Below are positions 8,973 through 20,900 of a stretch of 64,000 nt of DNA, piece by piece. Position 1 is the first letter of the stretch, and the number at the start of each line of letters is the position of its first letter. Origin of the DNA: Verrucomicrobiales bacterium (GTDB lineage Bacteria; Verrucomicrobiota; Verrucomicrobiia; Limisphaerales; UBA9464); NCBI GenBank assembly GCA_005801385.1, contig SYEM01000120.1, positions 1,779-65,778 on the forward strand, given 5' to 3'. Under the pieces are notes generated by a model that worked only from the letters and a program-made list of their open reading frames with translations, had not been told where the DNA came from and did not search any database. The translations under genes were made by a program, and so were the position numbers.

Positions 8973-10614
8973 CCGCACACAGCTGATCGAAGGGCTTCTG
9001 AAACGGTTCGGGCTCCGAAGGGAACCCCGGCCGAAGATGCCCTCGCAGATCACCGCGCTCGACCTCGAGGGACTCACCCTCCGGGTCGTTCAGACGCGCT
9101 CGCGTGGGGTCATCGGACAAGTGGTCTCCGGAGCCCTTGAGCTGGCTCCCGAGGCGGATCGGAACGACCCCACGATTCTGGGTGCGGCGCTGCGACGGAC
9201 CGTGAACCTGCTTGGAATCCGACCCGCCGCCGTCGTGATGGGTGTGCCGCGCGCTCGGGTCGTCCTGAGGACCCTGACCGTTCCGGAAATTAGCCGCGTG
9301 GATGAACTGGCTTCGTTGGTCCACTTCCAGGTCGCCAAGGACCTGCCCTTTCGCCTCGAGGAGGCGGTCATCGACTTCAGGGTGCTGCGTCGGATCGTGC
9401 CGACCGGTGAGACCGCCCCGACGAAGGATCCGGTTCAGGCTTCCGGGGCTTCCGGGTCCAACAAGCTCGAGGTGCTGGCGGCGGTGGTGCGGCGGGACGA
9501 GGTCGACTCCTACCAGAAACTGGCGGATGCCGCTGGGTTCCGGCTGGTGGGACTTGGACTGCTCCCCGACGCCAACGCGCGCTGCATCCAAGCCTGTCGG
9601 CTCGAAGCCTCCCGGGATGCGACGGCCCTTGTGACGGTCCGGCCCGAGGAGGTAGGTGTCGACATCATGGTGGATGGGGCCCTGCGCTTCAGCCGTGGTG
9701 GGGCGCTTCGTCCGTCGGGTGATGCCGCATCCTCCGACGGCTGGGTTGGCTCTGCCGCGATCGAAGTGGTCCGCAGCCTCCATAGCTATGGTGGCATGGG
9801 CAATGAGGCGCCGATCGGCCGGATTCTGGTCACTGGATGCACCGGACAGGAGCCTGCGGTGGTGGAGGCCCTTGCTTCGCGGACTCCGACACCCTGCACG
9901 GTGCTCGACCCCGGTGTGTCTCTGGATCTTGCCTCGGATCTGCACAAGGAATCCGCCGGGGCGGTTGCCCCAATCGGACTGGCCCTTGGCATTGGGGACG
10001 CCGACGGACTCCCTCTCGATTTCGTCAACCCGAAGCGACCCGCGGTGCCGCGGGACTATCGACGTCTCGCCCTTCTCGGAGGCACTGCCGCTGCCGTTGT
10101 CCTCCTCGTCGCCGTGCTCGGAACCCGGTCGTGGCTGCTCAACCGCCGCAACGCCGTCCTGCAGGCGGTCAACGCCGAGCTGGCCGATGCCGAGAAGAAA
10201 CGACCTGTCTACCAGAAGCTCACCCGCCAGACCGCCGTGGTGGAGGACTGGGTCCGGGGAGAACGGGATTGGCTTGACCACTACGCCTACCTGACGTCGG
10301 TCTTGCCACCGAGCGAGGAGATCTATTTGGGCTCGATCGCCGTTTCGGGACCCAACGCCATCCGCCTCGCCGTCCAGGCCCGCAGCGGTGAGACGCTGGC
10401 CCGGTTGGAAAAGCAGCTCGTCGCGGCCGGATACGAGGTCAAACCCATCGCGATCACTCCGGGAGCCGACCGCTTCGGCTACGAGTTCCGCTCCAACGTG
10501 GAGGTCCTGGTTCCCGCCAAGCTCAAGATCGATCTCCACAAGGTGAAGCCCCCCACGCGGCCGATCGACGATGTGTCCCTCGACACCGCGGCCTGGAAGA
10601 AAGGAGTCCAGTGA
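8965..10614 (+). CDS. GspL-like protein (PilM-like cytoplasmic actin-fold domain + TM + PilN-like periplasmic domain)
   Basis: ATG at 8965 overlaps the gspK-like stop by 8 nt. The N-terminal ~350 aa resemble PilM (ITALDLEGLTLRVV..., LVHFQVAKDLPF). A single TM lies at ~10066-10125 (LALLGGTAAAVVLLVAVLG). A coiled-coil and ferredoxin-like periplasmic tail follow. Confidence 0.65.
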   Translation: MADRTQLIEGLLKRFGLRREPRPKMPSQITALDLEGLTLRVVQTRSRGVIGQVVSGALELAPEADRNDPTILGAALRRTVNLLGIRPAAVVMGVPRARVVLRTLTVPEISRVDELASLVHFQVAKDLPFRLEEAVIDFRVLRRIVPTGETAPTKDPVQASGASGSNKLEVLAAVVRRDEVDSYQKLADAAGFRLVGLGLLPDANARCIQACRLEASRDATALVTVRPEEVGVDIMVDGALRFSRGGALRPSGDAASSDGWVGSAAIEVVRSLHSYGGMGNEAPIGRILVTGCTGQEPAVVEALASRTPTPCTVLDPGVSLDLASDLHKESAGAVAPIGLALGIGDADGLPLDFVNPKRPAVPRDYRRLALLGGTAAAVVLLVAVLGTRSWLLNRRNAVLQAVNAELADAEKKRPVYQKLTRQTAVVEDWVRGERDWLDHYAYLTSVLPPSEEIYLGSIAVSGPNAIRLAVQARSGETLARLEKQLVAAGYEVKPIAITPGADRFGYEFRSNVEVLVPAKLKIDLHKVKPPTRPIDDVSLDTAAWKKGVQ

Positions 10615-11612
10615 ACCAGCGAGAGAAACTCCTCACCGGCCTGATCAGCGGAATCGTGGTCCTGTTCGTCGTGGGCTTCGGGTTCCGCTGGGTGTTTCTG
10701 TCCCCGCTGAAGGAGGTGGACAAGAAGATCGCCATTGCCCGGGAACGGCTGGGGAAGATCCAGACCGAACGGCGGAACTACTTCGGGGCCGAGGACCGGC
10801 TCAAGCAGATCACCCGCACGTCCTTTGCCGACACCGTCGACCAGGCCAGTGCACGGTCGGGGGAGATGCTGACCAAGCAGATCACCGCGGCCGGACTCGA
10901 GGAGGCCGACTTCACCCGGCTGCCGGTGGGCCCTCGGAAACTCCGGGGTGCCAGCGAGATCGGTTGGAATGTCCAGGGCGACGGTCCCCTGACCAATGTG
11001 GTCAGCCTGCTCTTCCTGCTCAACCACTCCCCGTGGCTGCATCGGACCGAAAACCTGTCGGTGTCGATCGGCGACAGGCCCGGTGTGGTCCGGGTGCGAT
11101 TCCGATACCTCACGCTCGTGATGGATCCGTCACCCGACGTGGAACGCACCAATCTGGTCCAGGCCCTGACCCTGGAGTCCCCGGAGCGACACCTGCTCAA
11201 CAGCATCGTCTCCCGCGACCTTCTTAGGCCCTACATCAAGCGCCCGCTCGAGAAGCCCCAGCCGGGTCAACCCTCCCCGGCACCCTCCAAGCCCGGAGTG
11301 CCACCCGGACCGGAAATCTTCCGCGTGGTGTCCCTCTCGGAGTGGAACGGAGAACCGGAGATCCACATCCGCGATCTGGCCGCCCAGAAGACGGTCCGGT
11401 ATCGGGTGGGTGAGGAACTGGCCGGAGGCCGCATCGCCCAGGTCGACTACCGTCCGATGCCCATGCCGGGCAACTCGCTGCTCGTGTCCCACAGCCGGCT
11501 CATCCTCCAGATGGAGGACGGCTACTGGGCGGTGGAGCGGGGCAAGACCCTGGCCGAGAAGCGGCGCCTCGCCCCGGACGAGCTGCCTGAAACGCTTGCG
11601 AAGAAACCCTGA
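10611..11612 (+). CDS. GspM/PilO-like bitopic protein with C-terminal PilP/GspC-HR-like beta domain
   Basis: GTGA overlap with the previous gene, with AAGGAG SD at 10601. N-terminal TM (LLTGLISGIVVLFVVGFGF) plus coiled coil. The C-terminal ~90 aa (FRVVSLSEWNGEPEIHIRDLAAQKTVRYRVGEELAGGRIAQVDYR...LILQMEDGYWAVERG) match the PilP/GspC homology-region pattern. Confidence 0.5.
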   Translation: MNQREKLLTGLISGIVVLFVVGFGFRWVFLSPLKEVDKKIAIARERLGKIQTERRNYFGAEDRLKQITRTSFADTVDQASARSGEMLTKQITAAGLEEADFTRLPVGPRKLRGASEIGWNVQGDGPLTNVVSLLFLLNHSPWLHRTENLSVSIGDRPGVVRVRFRYLTLVMDPSPDVERTNLVQALTLESPERHLLNSIVSRDLLRPYIKRPLEKPQPGQPSPAPSKPGVPPGPEIFRVVSLSEWNGEPEIHIRDLAAQKTVRYRVGEELAGGRIAQVDYRPMPMPGNSLLVSHSRLILQMEDGYWAVERGKTLAEKRRLAPDELPETLAKKP

Positions 11613-11956
11613 GAAGGATGCCCCCCGCAATGCCCCCATTCCTCGCAGGAAAACCCGCTGTCGGCGATACAGCTGGTGTCGCTTTTGGGTCCCGTGGTGC
11701 CGAGGGTATCGGTGGGTGCTGCAGTGCCCTGCAGCACTCGGTGCGCCAGCATCCACCCACCCCGGGTGCATCCTCTGACTCGGGCTTTGGTGACTCCGAA
11801 CCGCAGACTTCCGATCACGCCTCCACCCCACCAGCGCTCCACGCTGGGACTTTGGCTCTCCTTCCTCCGCTCTTCCGGGTGAATAAACCCGCACAACTCC
11901 CCCGTCCCCAACCCGGTTTGCGGGACGTACCCTTCCGACTCCCGTTTCCTGTTCCC

Positions 11957-14900
11957 ATGATCCGCCCGTTCCTTCTCGGAGCCGTCCTGTCCACGGCCCC
12001 CCACCTCCTCGCCCAGGACGCCGCCAAATCCAATGCCCCGTCCGCCGGTCCGGAGGTCGTGGTCCGCGGGAACGCCCCGTCCGCGCCTGTCGCCGCTGCG
12101 CCTCGGAACATCCGGTTCCAGTTCGACGGCATCCCGTACACCGACGTCATCGAGCGCTTCGCCCAGATGGCCGGAAAGCCGCTGCTGTCCGACACCAACG
12201 TAGTGGGCACGCTCACCTACGACGATCCCAATGCCTACACCTACACCGAGGCGCTCGACACGCTGAACCTCATGCTGGCGATGAAGGGCGTGATGCTGCT
12301 TGAGGACGGCAACAACCTCCGGGTAGTCCCCTTCAAGAACCTCCAGGCGATGCCCCTGCGGATCCTGCGCGGGACCGAACCCGCCACGGATATCCGCCCC
12401 AACGAGGTGGTTACCGTGGTGCTCGATTCGAAAAACCTCGATTCCAAGGAAATCACCGAATCCATCCTGCCGATGTTGTCCCAGGCCGGATCGGTCGCCC
12501 CGCTTGGTCGGGGCCGCGGGCTGATCGTCACCGACCGCCTCGCCAACATCCAGAGGGTCAAATCCCTCCTCGCCACCATCGGATCCGAACAGGCCGCCGA
12601 GCGGCAGATGCGCAGCTACACGCTCCTCAATGCCTCGGGTGCAATCGTCTCCGATCTGCTCAATCGGACCTTCGGTGTGTCCACCGCGCCAAAGCGGACC
12701 TCCTACAACCCGAACACCAAGGCGATGGAGGTCCTGCCCGCGGATCCCAACGACTATATCACCTCGGTCTATGACGAGGCCTCGCGCACGCTGGTGCTGT
12801 TCGGACCCACCGAACGCCTCGAGCTGGCCGAGGAGCTGATCAACAAGTTCGAGCAGAAGGACGGTGCCGCTGGGGATGTGCGGATCTACAACCCGCAGAC
12901 CATCAAGTCCGAGGAGCTCGCCGCGATGATCCGTCAGGCTATCCCCGGGGTCGCTGCGCCGGGCGAGACCGGATCCGCTGCCGCTACAAAGGCGCGTGTC
13001 ATTGCCGACAATGCCCAGAACCGCCTGATCGTCGCCGCGCCGCTGCCAGGTCAGCTCGATCAGATCGAGCAGCTCATCACCCGGGTCGACAAGGGTCTGG
13101 TCGGAGCCGAAGGCCTTGCCCGCGACAACACCCCGGTGCCCAACAAAGCCCAGGCGGTCCAGCTCACCCGCATCTTCCGGCCACGGGCCACCGAGGCCAC
13201 CAACGTCTCCACCATCCTGCGCCAGGCCCTCACCCGGAAGGAAAAGACGGGCCAGGTCGTCACCACCGCCAGCGTCACCTTCGACCCCGGCAGCCAGAGC
13301 GTCGTTGTCACCGGCACACCGACAGACCTCCAGACCGCGGCGGATATTGTCTCGCAGCTCGAGACCGGGACTTCGCAGCCGACGCAACTCATCACCCGGT
13401 TCATCGAGGTCGGATCCCCCGAGGAGGCGCGTCGCATCCAGCCTCTGGTCGAACAGCTCTACAAGAACCAGACCGCCGACGGTTCCACCTCCACTGTCGC
13501 CCACGCCAAGATCCTCTCCGACACCCAGACCGGTCGCCTCATCGTCACCGCAAGCGCTGATCACCTGAGGCGTATCGAGGATCTCGTCACCCAGCTCCAG
13601 GCCGACAAGCCGCAGGTCAAGGCCCGCGACCTCCGTGTCATCCCGCTCAAGAACAGCCGCACCGAGATCGCCCTGCCCCAGATCCAGAGCCTCGTGAACG
13701 AACGGATGGCCGATCGCCGGTTCTCGAGCCTGCCCAAGCCCTCCATCGTGGCCGATGCCGCCAACAACAGGCTGCTCGTCACGGCGACCGCCGACCAGCT
13801 CAAGGAAATCGATGCCGTCATCGACATCGTCGACACCCAGCCCGCCCAGGCGGAACGGGAGCTCGCCGTGCTCCCGCTCCAGGCCAAGCCGGCCGCGGAG
13901 GTCCTTCCCCTCGTCACCCAGCTCCTAGGCCAGCTCTCCACGCAGGGAAGCCCCACTCCCACCGTCATGGCGGATCCGACGGGCAAGCAGCTGATCGTGC
14001 TGGCCACATCGAAGGACCAGGACCGCATCCGCACCCTGGTGAAACAGTTCGATGTCTCCCCGGCGACCGCGGCCCCACGGCAGTTCAAGGGCGTCGAGCT
14101 CTATGGTCGGACTGCTACCGAGTTCACCCCGCTTGTCCAGCAGCTCTACCAGGAACAGCTCCGTGGCCAGCCGGAACCCGCCGGTGGCGCCGCAACGCTG
14201 CTGTCCGAGACCAAGAACAATCGGATCATGGTCAGCGGCAGCGATCGCGAGATCGCACGGGTCGAGTCGATCATCCGCCAGCTCGATCCCGCCGAACGCA
14301 AGTCGGACCGCGACGAGACCCGGGTCATCCGCCTCCGATCCGCCTCCGCAGCCGATCTCGCCGGCCTCGTCGACAAGAGCCTCAACGCCCAGAGCCAACA
14401 GGTGAAGGTCCTCACGGACACCCGCAGCAACAGCCTTGTCGTCACCGGATCGGCATCCGCGGTTGAGGCCGCGGCAAAGATGATTCAGCAGCTCGACAGC
14501 CGACCCGAGTCGGGTCCGCGCGAGATGCGGGTCATCGAGCTCAAGTCCGCCGACGCCCGGGCTCTCGAGACCACCGTCGCCACCCTGTTTGGTGATCTCA
14601 TGAAGGATCAGAGGGGCGCCAACTACGTCGCCACCGCGAAGATCACCGCCGACCCCGTCTCCAACCGTCTCATCGCCACGGGCGATGCTGCTGACCTCGA
14701 AATCATCGCCGGCATCGTGAACCGCCTCGACAACAGCCCGCAGCAAGCCCCGGGCGCCCGGGTGTTCAAGCTCAACCAGGCCGATGCCGTCGTGATGGCC
14801 CCAATCGTGGCCAGCGCCATGACCCGCTTCGACCAACGCGGCCAGCCGGTCAAACGCGTCTCCATCACCGCCGACGAGAAGTCCAACTCCCTCATCGTCT

Positions 14901-17900
14901 CCGGCTCCCGGACGGATCTCCAGGACGTCGAGTCCGTCATCGAGAAGCTGGATGGCGGGGAATCCTCCCAGGCGCCCCGGACGCTCAAGATACTCGAGGT
15001 GAAAGGGGATCCCGACGCCCTTGCGGCGCTCATCAACAAGTCGTTCGCAGCCCAGAATCCGGGACGCAACATTGCCGGTCTCTTCACGCTCACGCCCGAC
15101 CCGAGCAACAAACGTCTGATCGTCTTCGCCTCGCCCACGATGCTGGCCCAGGTCGAGTCCCTCGTGGCAACGCTGGATGCCCGACCTGACCAGGGAACGC
15201 GGGAGCTCCATCCGGTCGCCCTCAAGAACGCCACTCCCTCCGAGTTGCTTCCCCGGGTCCAGCAGATCTACGCCGAGCAGTCCCATGGCAAGACCCTGAA
15301 GCCGGCCACGCTGTATCCCGACGCCGCCGGCAACCGGATCCTCGTTCAGGGCACCTCGGAACAGGCCGAGGCGGTCCGGCAGATCACATCCACCCTCGAG
15401 AGCGAACCCAAACCGAGCCGCGAGTCCAAGGTCTTCGACCTTGGCAAACTCTCCGAGGCCCAGCGCCTCATGCCCCTCATCCAGCAGCTCTACCGCGACC
15501 AACTGTCGAGCACGCCCCAGCTAGGCAGCCCGGATGCCCAGATCGTGAGTGACGGCAAGACGGGGCGCCTTCTCGTCAGTGCGCGTGCCGATCAACTGCC
15601 GATACTCGAGGGCATCGTCCAACGCCTCCAGTCCACGGCCACCACCGGCACCAGTGCCCGCGAGACCCGCACCGTCGAGGTCGGGAGCAGCACCGAGGCA
15701 AGCCGGCTCGTGCCGCTCATCCAGCAGCTATACCAGGATCGCTGGAAGGATCGGCTCGACACCGATCCGGCCGACGCCCAGATCCTTGCTGATCCCCGCA
15801 ACGGGCGCCTCATCCTCACCGGCAAGCCCGAGCATCTCACCCAGATCGAGGCGATCATCCAGCAGCTCGGACCGATCAAGACCGGTGCCGGCACCCGGCA
15901 GACCCGGATCATCGACCTGACCACCGCCAGCGCCGTGGAGCTGGCCAGCACCGTCCGAACCCTCTATCTCGAGGAAGCCAAGGGCCGCCTTGGAAACCAG
16001 CCTCCCGACACCGTCCTGACACCCGATCCGGGAGGGAACCGGCTGATCGTTGTGGGTGACACCAACGAGCTTGCCGCCGTCGAACGGCTCGTTGCACAGC
16101 TCGACAAGGTCAGCAGTCAGAGCGCCTCCGCCCGGGTCTTCAAGATCAAGTCGGCCGATCCGGAGAAGGTGGCGGAGATCCTCAACACCTCTCTGGTCCG
16201 GTACGACGCCTACGGGCGCGCCCAGAAGCGATCGACCGTGTCCGTCGATCCCAAGACTCGGACCCTCATCGTCACCGGGGACCCGAAGGAGCTCCAGGGC
16301 GTCTCGGTGATCATTGAACAGCTCGACCAGTCGCTGGGTTCCCAGCCCGAGCGCAAGACCCGCGTTGTCACCCTCAAGCAGGGCAAGGCGGCCACCCTGT
16401 CTCCCAAGATCCGCCAACTCTACGCCGATCGGATCAAGAGCCTCCCTGAACTCGGTACCTCGGACATCCTCATCCTCGAGGAACCCGAGAGCAACCAGCT
16501 CATCATCGCCGGCAATGACGCCCAGCTCCAGGTCGTCACCCAGATCGTCGATGAGGTGCAGTCCGCGCAGGTCCAGCGCGCCGCGCGTGAGACGCAGATG
16601 GTGTCGGTGGGTACGGTCGACGAACTCAACCGACTCCAGCCGCTCGTCCAGCAGCTCTACAATGACCGGTTCCGCGGAAGGGATGCCAGCGATCCGGCGG
16701 ATGCGTCCATCATCGCCGACGGCAAGAATGCCCGGTTCATCCTCACGGGACGCACCAATCAGCTACGCGAGATCGAGAACATCATCGCCAAGCTGCGCGG
16801 CGGCGCACCGGAGTCGGTGACGCGGGACACCCGGATCATCGACCTGACCTCCGCCAATGCCGTCGAGCTCGTGCCGACCCTCCGCACCCTCTACCAGGAG
16901 CAGGTCAAGAACCGCCCGGGGTCCTTCGCCGCCGACACCCTCATCACGCCGGACGTGAACGGGAACCGGCTGATCCTCACCGGAGCCACCAACGAACTGG
17001 CCCTGCTCGAGGATCTGATCCAGAAGCTCGACAAGGTCGGGGCCCAGAGCGCCTCCACCCGGGTGTTCAAGGTGAAGTCGGCGGATCCCGACAAGGTTGT
17101 CGAGATCCTCGGCACCGCGCTGGTCCGCTACGACGCCTACGGTCGTCCGCAGAAGCGGGTCAGCGTGGTCACGGATTCGAAGACCCGGACCATCATCGCG
17201 ACGGGTGACCCGAAGGAGCTTCAGTCGGCCTCGGTCATCATCGAACAGCTCGACTCCTCGCTGGGGGCCTCCGCAGGTCGGACGATGCGGGTGCTGCCGG
17301 TCAAGGAGCGCCGTGCCGGGGAACTCCTGCCGAAGGTTCGCCAACTCTACCAGGACCAGGCCCGGAACAATCCCGAGTTCGGCACCACCGAGCCGCTGCT
17401 GATCGAGGATTCCGCCAGCAACCAGATCATCGTCGCCGGCAACGAACGCCAGCTGGGTACCCTCGAGGAGATCGTGGGCGTCCTCCAGAACGTCGCCTCC
17501 GTCCAGGGCGCACGACAGGTGAAGGTGTTCAACCTGGAGCGGACCACCGCCAATACCCTCGTTACCATGATCAGCCAGGTCTACGCCCGGCAGCTCACCA
17601 ATGCCGAACCCACCGAGCGGGTCGTCGTGGGCGCCGGCGGCAACGAGCGCACCCTCGTCGTCGAGGCCCCGGCGGCCACCCTCACCCGGATCGAAGAACT
17701 GGTGAAGAACCTCGATCAGGACGGTCCCGAGGGTCAGAACGTCATCCAAACCGTGAAGCTCAAGCGGGGTCGGGCCGACGATCTGGCCGACGCCGTCAAC
17801 CGGGTCATGACCAACCGCGCCCTGCCCGGGATGATCCGACGCGTCAGTGTCACCTCCGTCGCCGGAGCCAACAGCCTCCTCCTCAATGGCCCCACCAATG

Positions 17901-20900
17901 CCGTCCAGGAGGTCCTCCGGATCGTCGAGGAACTCGACCAGGACGGACCCGGCAGCGGCGACATCGAGGTTCGGATCTACAAGCTCGAGAACGGCAACGC
18001 CCGCGAGGTCTCCACCGTCATCCAGCAGCTCCTCCAGTCGGTCTCCCGAAATCTCTACCGGCGGTCCGGCGGTGGAGAGGGCGACGGCGGTCGCAGGAAC
18101 GCCTCCGTCAGCGTGTCGATCGACGAGCGCTCCAACAGCCTCATCATCTCGGCAACCGAGTCCCACTTCCGGATGGTCGACAAGGTCCTGCCGACCCTCG
18201 ACAAGGCCCCGGAGCGTTCCGATCGTGACGTCCAGTTCGTCTGGCTGAAGAAGGCCAAGGCCTTCGACCTCGCCATGAAGCTCGAAAGCCTTTTCGAGGA
18301 TCGCCCCCGTGCCGATCGTCCGGTGATCGAACCCGACTCCGCGTCGAACTCGCTCACCATCATCGCCAAGCGTGGCGACATCCCGCAGATCCAGGACCTC
18401 GTCTCGCGGCTCGACGATCAGGGGCGTGATTCGGCGGTGCTGGTCCGGGTGCGTCCGCTCGAGCGGGTCACCGCCGATCAGATGGCGACGATGCTCCAGA
18501 ACATCTATCCGCAGGTTTCCGGGACCCCGCTCCGAGTGACCGACAAGGTCGAGCCTCCGAAGAACGCCGACCCGAGCACCCAGACGACCAGCCCTGAGGT
18601 GGTCATCGCGGTCGACAAGCCTGCCAACGCCCTGATCCTGTCCGGCCCCGCCCAGGAACTCGACGCAGTCGAGCGCCTCATCGGCGAGCTGTCCCTGAAC
18701 TTCTACGGCAACGAGGCCGAGTTCCGCGTCTTCGCGATCAAGGATGCCGATCCGGTGGTGGTCGCCCGGACCCTGCAGGAACTCCTCAAGATGGATCCGG
18801 TACAGATCGAGGACGCCCGTGGACAACCCAAGATCATCACGCCGCAGAACAAGATCACGGTCGTGGCGGAACCCCGCACCCGGAGCCTGATTGTCCGGGC
18901 ACGTCCGACCGACTTCGCGCTGATGGAATCGCTCATCAAGCAGCTCGATACGGCCGGCCAGGTCGCCCAGCTGGAGTTCAAGGTCGTGCCTCTCACCCAT
19001 GCGGCCCCCGAGAAGATCCTGCCGCTCGTCCAGCAGATGGTGACGCAGCTGACCGCCTCGCGCCCCGGCGATCCAGTCACCGTCGCGGTCGATTCCCGCG
19101 GACGCGGCATGCTGGTCATCGCCCGCGGCATCACCGCGGCCCAGGTTGAGAAACTCATCCAGTCCCTCGACAAGCCCACCGCCAATGTCGAGGCCGAGGT
19201 CGAGATCGTGTCCCTCAAGAAGGCCAACGCGGGTCAGCTGGCTGCTGTCCTCCAGGGCATGCTCCGGCCTGGGGCCGCTGGGGATTCCTCCCCCGAGGCG
19301 CGAGAACTCCAGGAACACATCCGCCGCCTTAAGGTCCGCAATGCCAGGGGCGACACCGTGCTGCTCGATCTCTCCAAGCCGATCCGCATCGCCACGGATC
19401 CCGTCGCCGGCACCGGGGGCGGCAACCGCATCATCCTGACCTCCACCACCGACAACCTCCGGGCCCTCAAGGCCGTGGTGGAGCAGATGGACTCCGTTGC
19501 CGTCCTCGAAGGAGTGAAGGTCCGGTTCATCCAGCTCGAGAATGCCGATGCCGCCGCGGTGTCCCAGACGCTGAACAACGTGTTCTCGCAGGCGAAGAAC
19601 CTCGCCATCGGCCCCGGCGGTCCCGGCGGTCAGCCGGCCGACCAGGGCAAGGCGCTCGTCCAGCCCCTAAACGTCGCCATCGATGCCCGCAGCAACACCC
19701 TCATCCTGAGCGGCCATCCCGAGAGTCTCGACCTCGCCCAGAAGATCGTGGCCGACATGGACAAGGAGGTCTTCCTCTACACGACCGACGTCCGGCTGTT
19801 CCGTCTGAAGCACGCGTCCGCTGCCCGGCTTCTGCCCCTCCTGCAGTCGGTCTTCACCGAGGGTACCGCGGTCCCTGGAACCGAGGGTCTCTCGACCCAG
19901 ATCACCCGGCTCAGGACCCTTCGGGATGGCACCAAGGCCCAGTCCAACCAGACTCCGAAGAACCGGCCGGCGCTCACCATCCAGGCCGACGACCAAGCCA
20001 ACATCCTCGTCGTCGCCGCGCGCAGCGACAATCTGCCCCTCATCGCCGACATCATCGAGCAGCTCGACATCCCGGCCGCCTCGGGACTGGAGACCGTCCG
20101 GGTCTACCCGCTGGAGCACTCGGATCCCGCCGCCGTTCAGAAGGTCCTCTCGGATCTCTTCACCGGACCGCGGTCGACCACGCTCCGCAACGAAGACCGT
20201 CCGGTAATCACGGTCGATGCCCGGACGGGCTCGCTCATCGTCGCCGGCAACAGCAAGGCCTTTGCGATCATCGAAGGGCTGCTCAAGAGTCTCGACCAGA
20301 AGCTGCCCTTCGATCTTCGCGACATCGCGCTCATCCCGTTGGAACATGCCGACGCCAACGTCGTCGCCCCGACCCTCCAGAAGCTCATGGACGCCCGGGT
20401 GACCCAGCGGGCGAGCCTCAACCAAGGGCAGGCCGAGGCCCTCAAGGTCATCATCATGGCCGACCAGCGCAGCAATGCGCTCCTCGTCGGCGGTGCCCGC
20501 GAGGGATTTGAACTGGTGCAGACCCTGGCCAAGCAGCTCGACCAGGCGGCACCGGCACTGAGCGGGCGGGTCCGCCTCATCCCACTCGAGTTTGCCGATG
20601 CCCGCGTTGTGGCCAGCACCCTCGCGACCCTCTTCGAGCAGCGCTACGCCGCGATCCGCACCGCGGACATGCAGCGCAACAAACCGATCATCCTTGCCGA
20701 CACCCGGAGCAACTCCCTCCTCGTGGCCGCCAGCCAGGAGGACAACCGGACGCTGGACGATCTCCTGAAGCGCCTCGACGCCAAGCAGGACAACCCGGCT
20801 CTCACCCTCACGGTGATTCCGATGCGGTTCAACGACTCCGCCCGGGTGGCCACCATGCTCGAAAGCCTCTTCGCAGCTCGCCAGAAGGCCCAGCTTCTCC

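Noticed and set aside
3442-10539. Long minus-strand ORFs 3442-4800, 7113-8393 and 8878-10539, plus out-of-frame plus ORFs (e.g. 3153-4160, 9656-10294)
   Set aside because: They overlap genes with recognisable MFS, pseudopilin or PilM features. Their Arg/Pro/Gly-dominated composition is typical of non-coding frames in GC-rich sequence.
11618-11956. 113-codon N-terminal extension of the secretin ORF (start at 11618)
   Set aside because: The extension is Pro/Gly/Ser-rich and would bury the signal peptide, which begins exactly at ATG 11957 (MIRPFLLGAVLSTAPHLLAQD). The internal start was preferred, although this is unverified.
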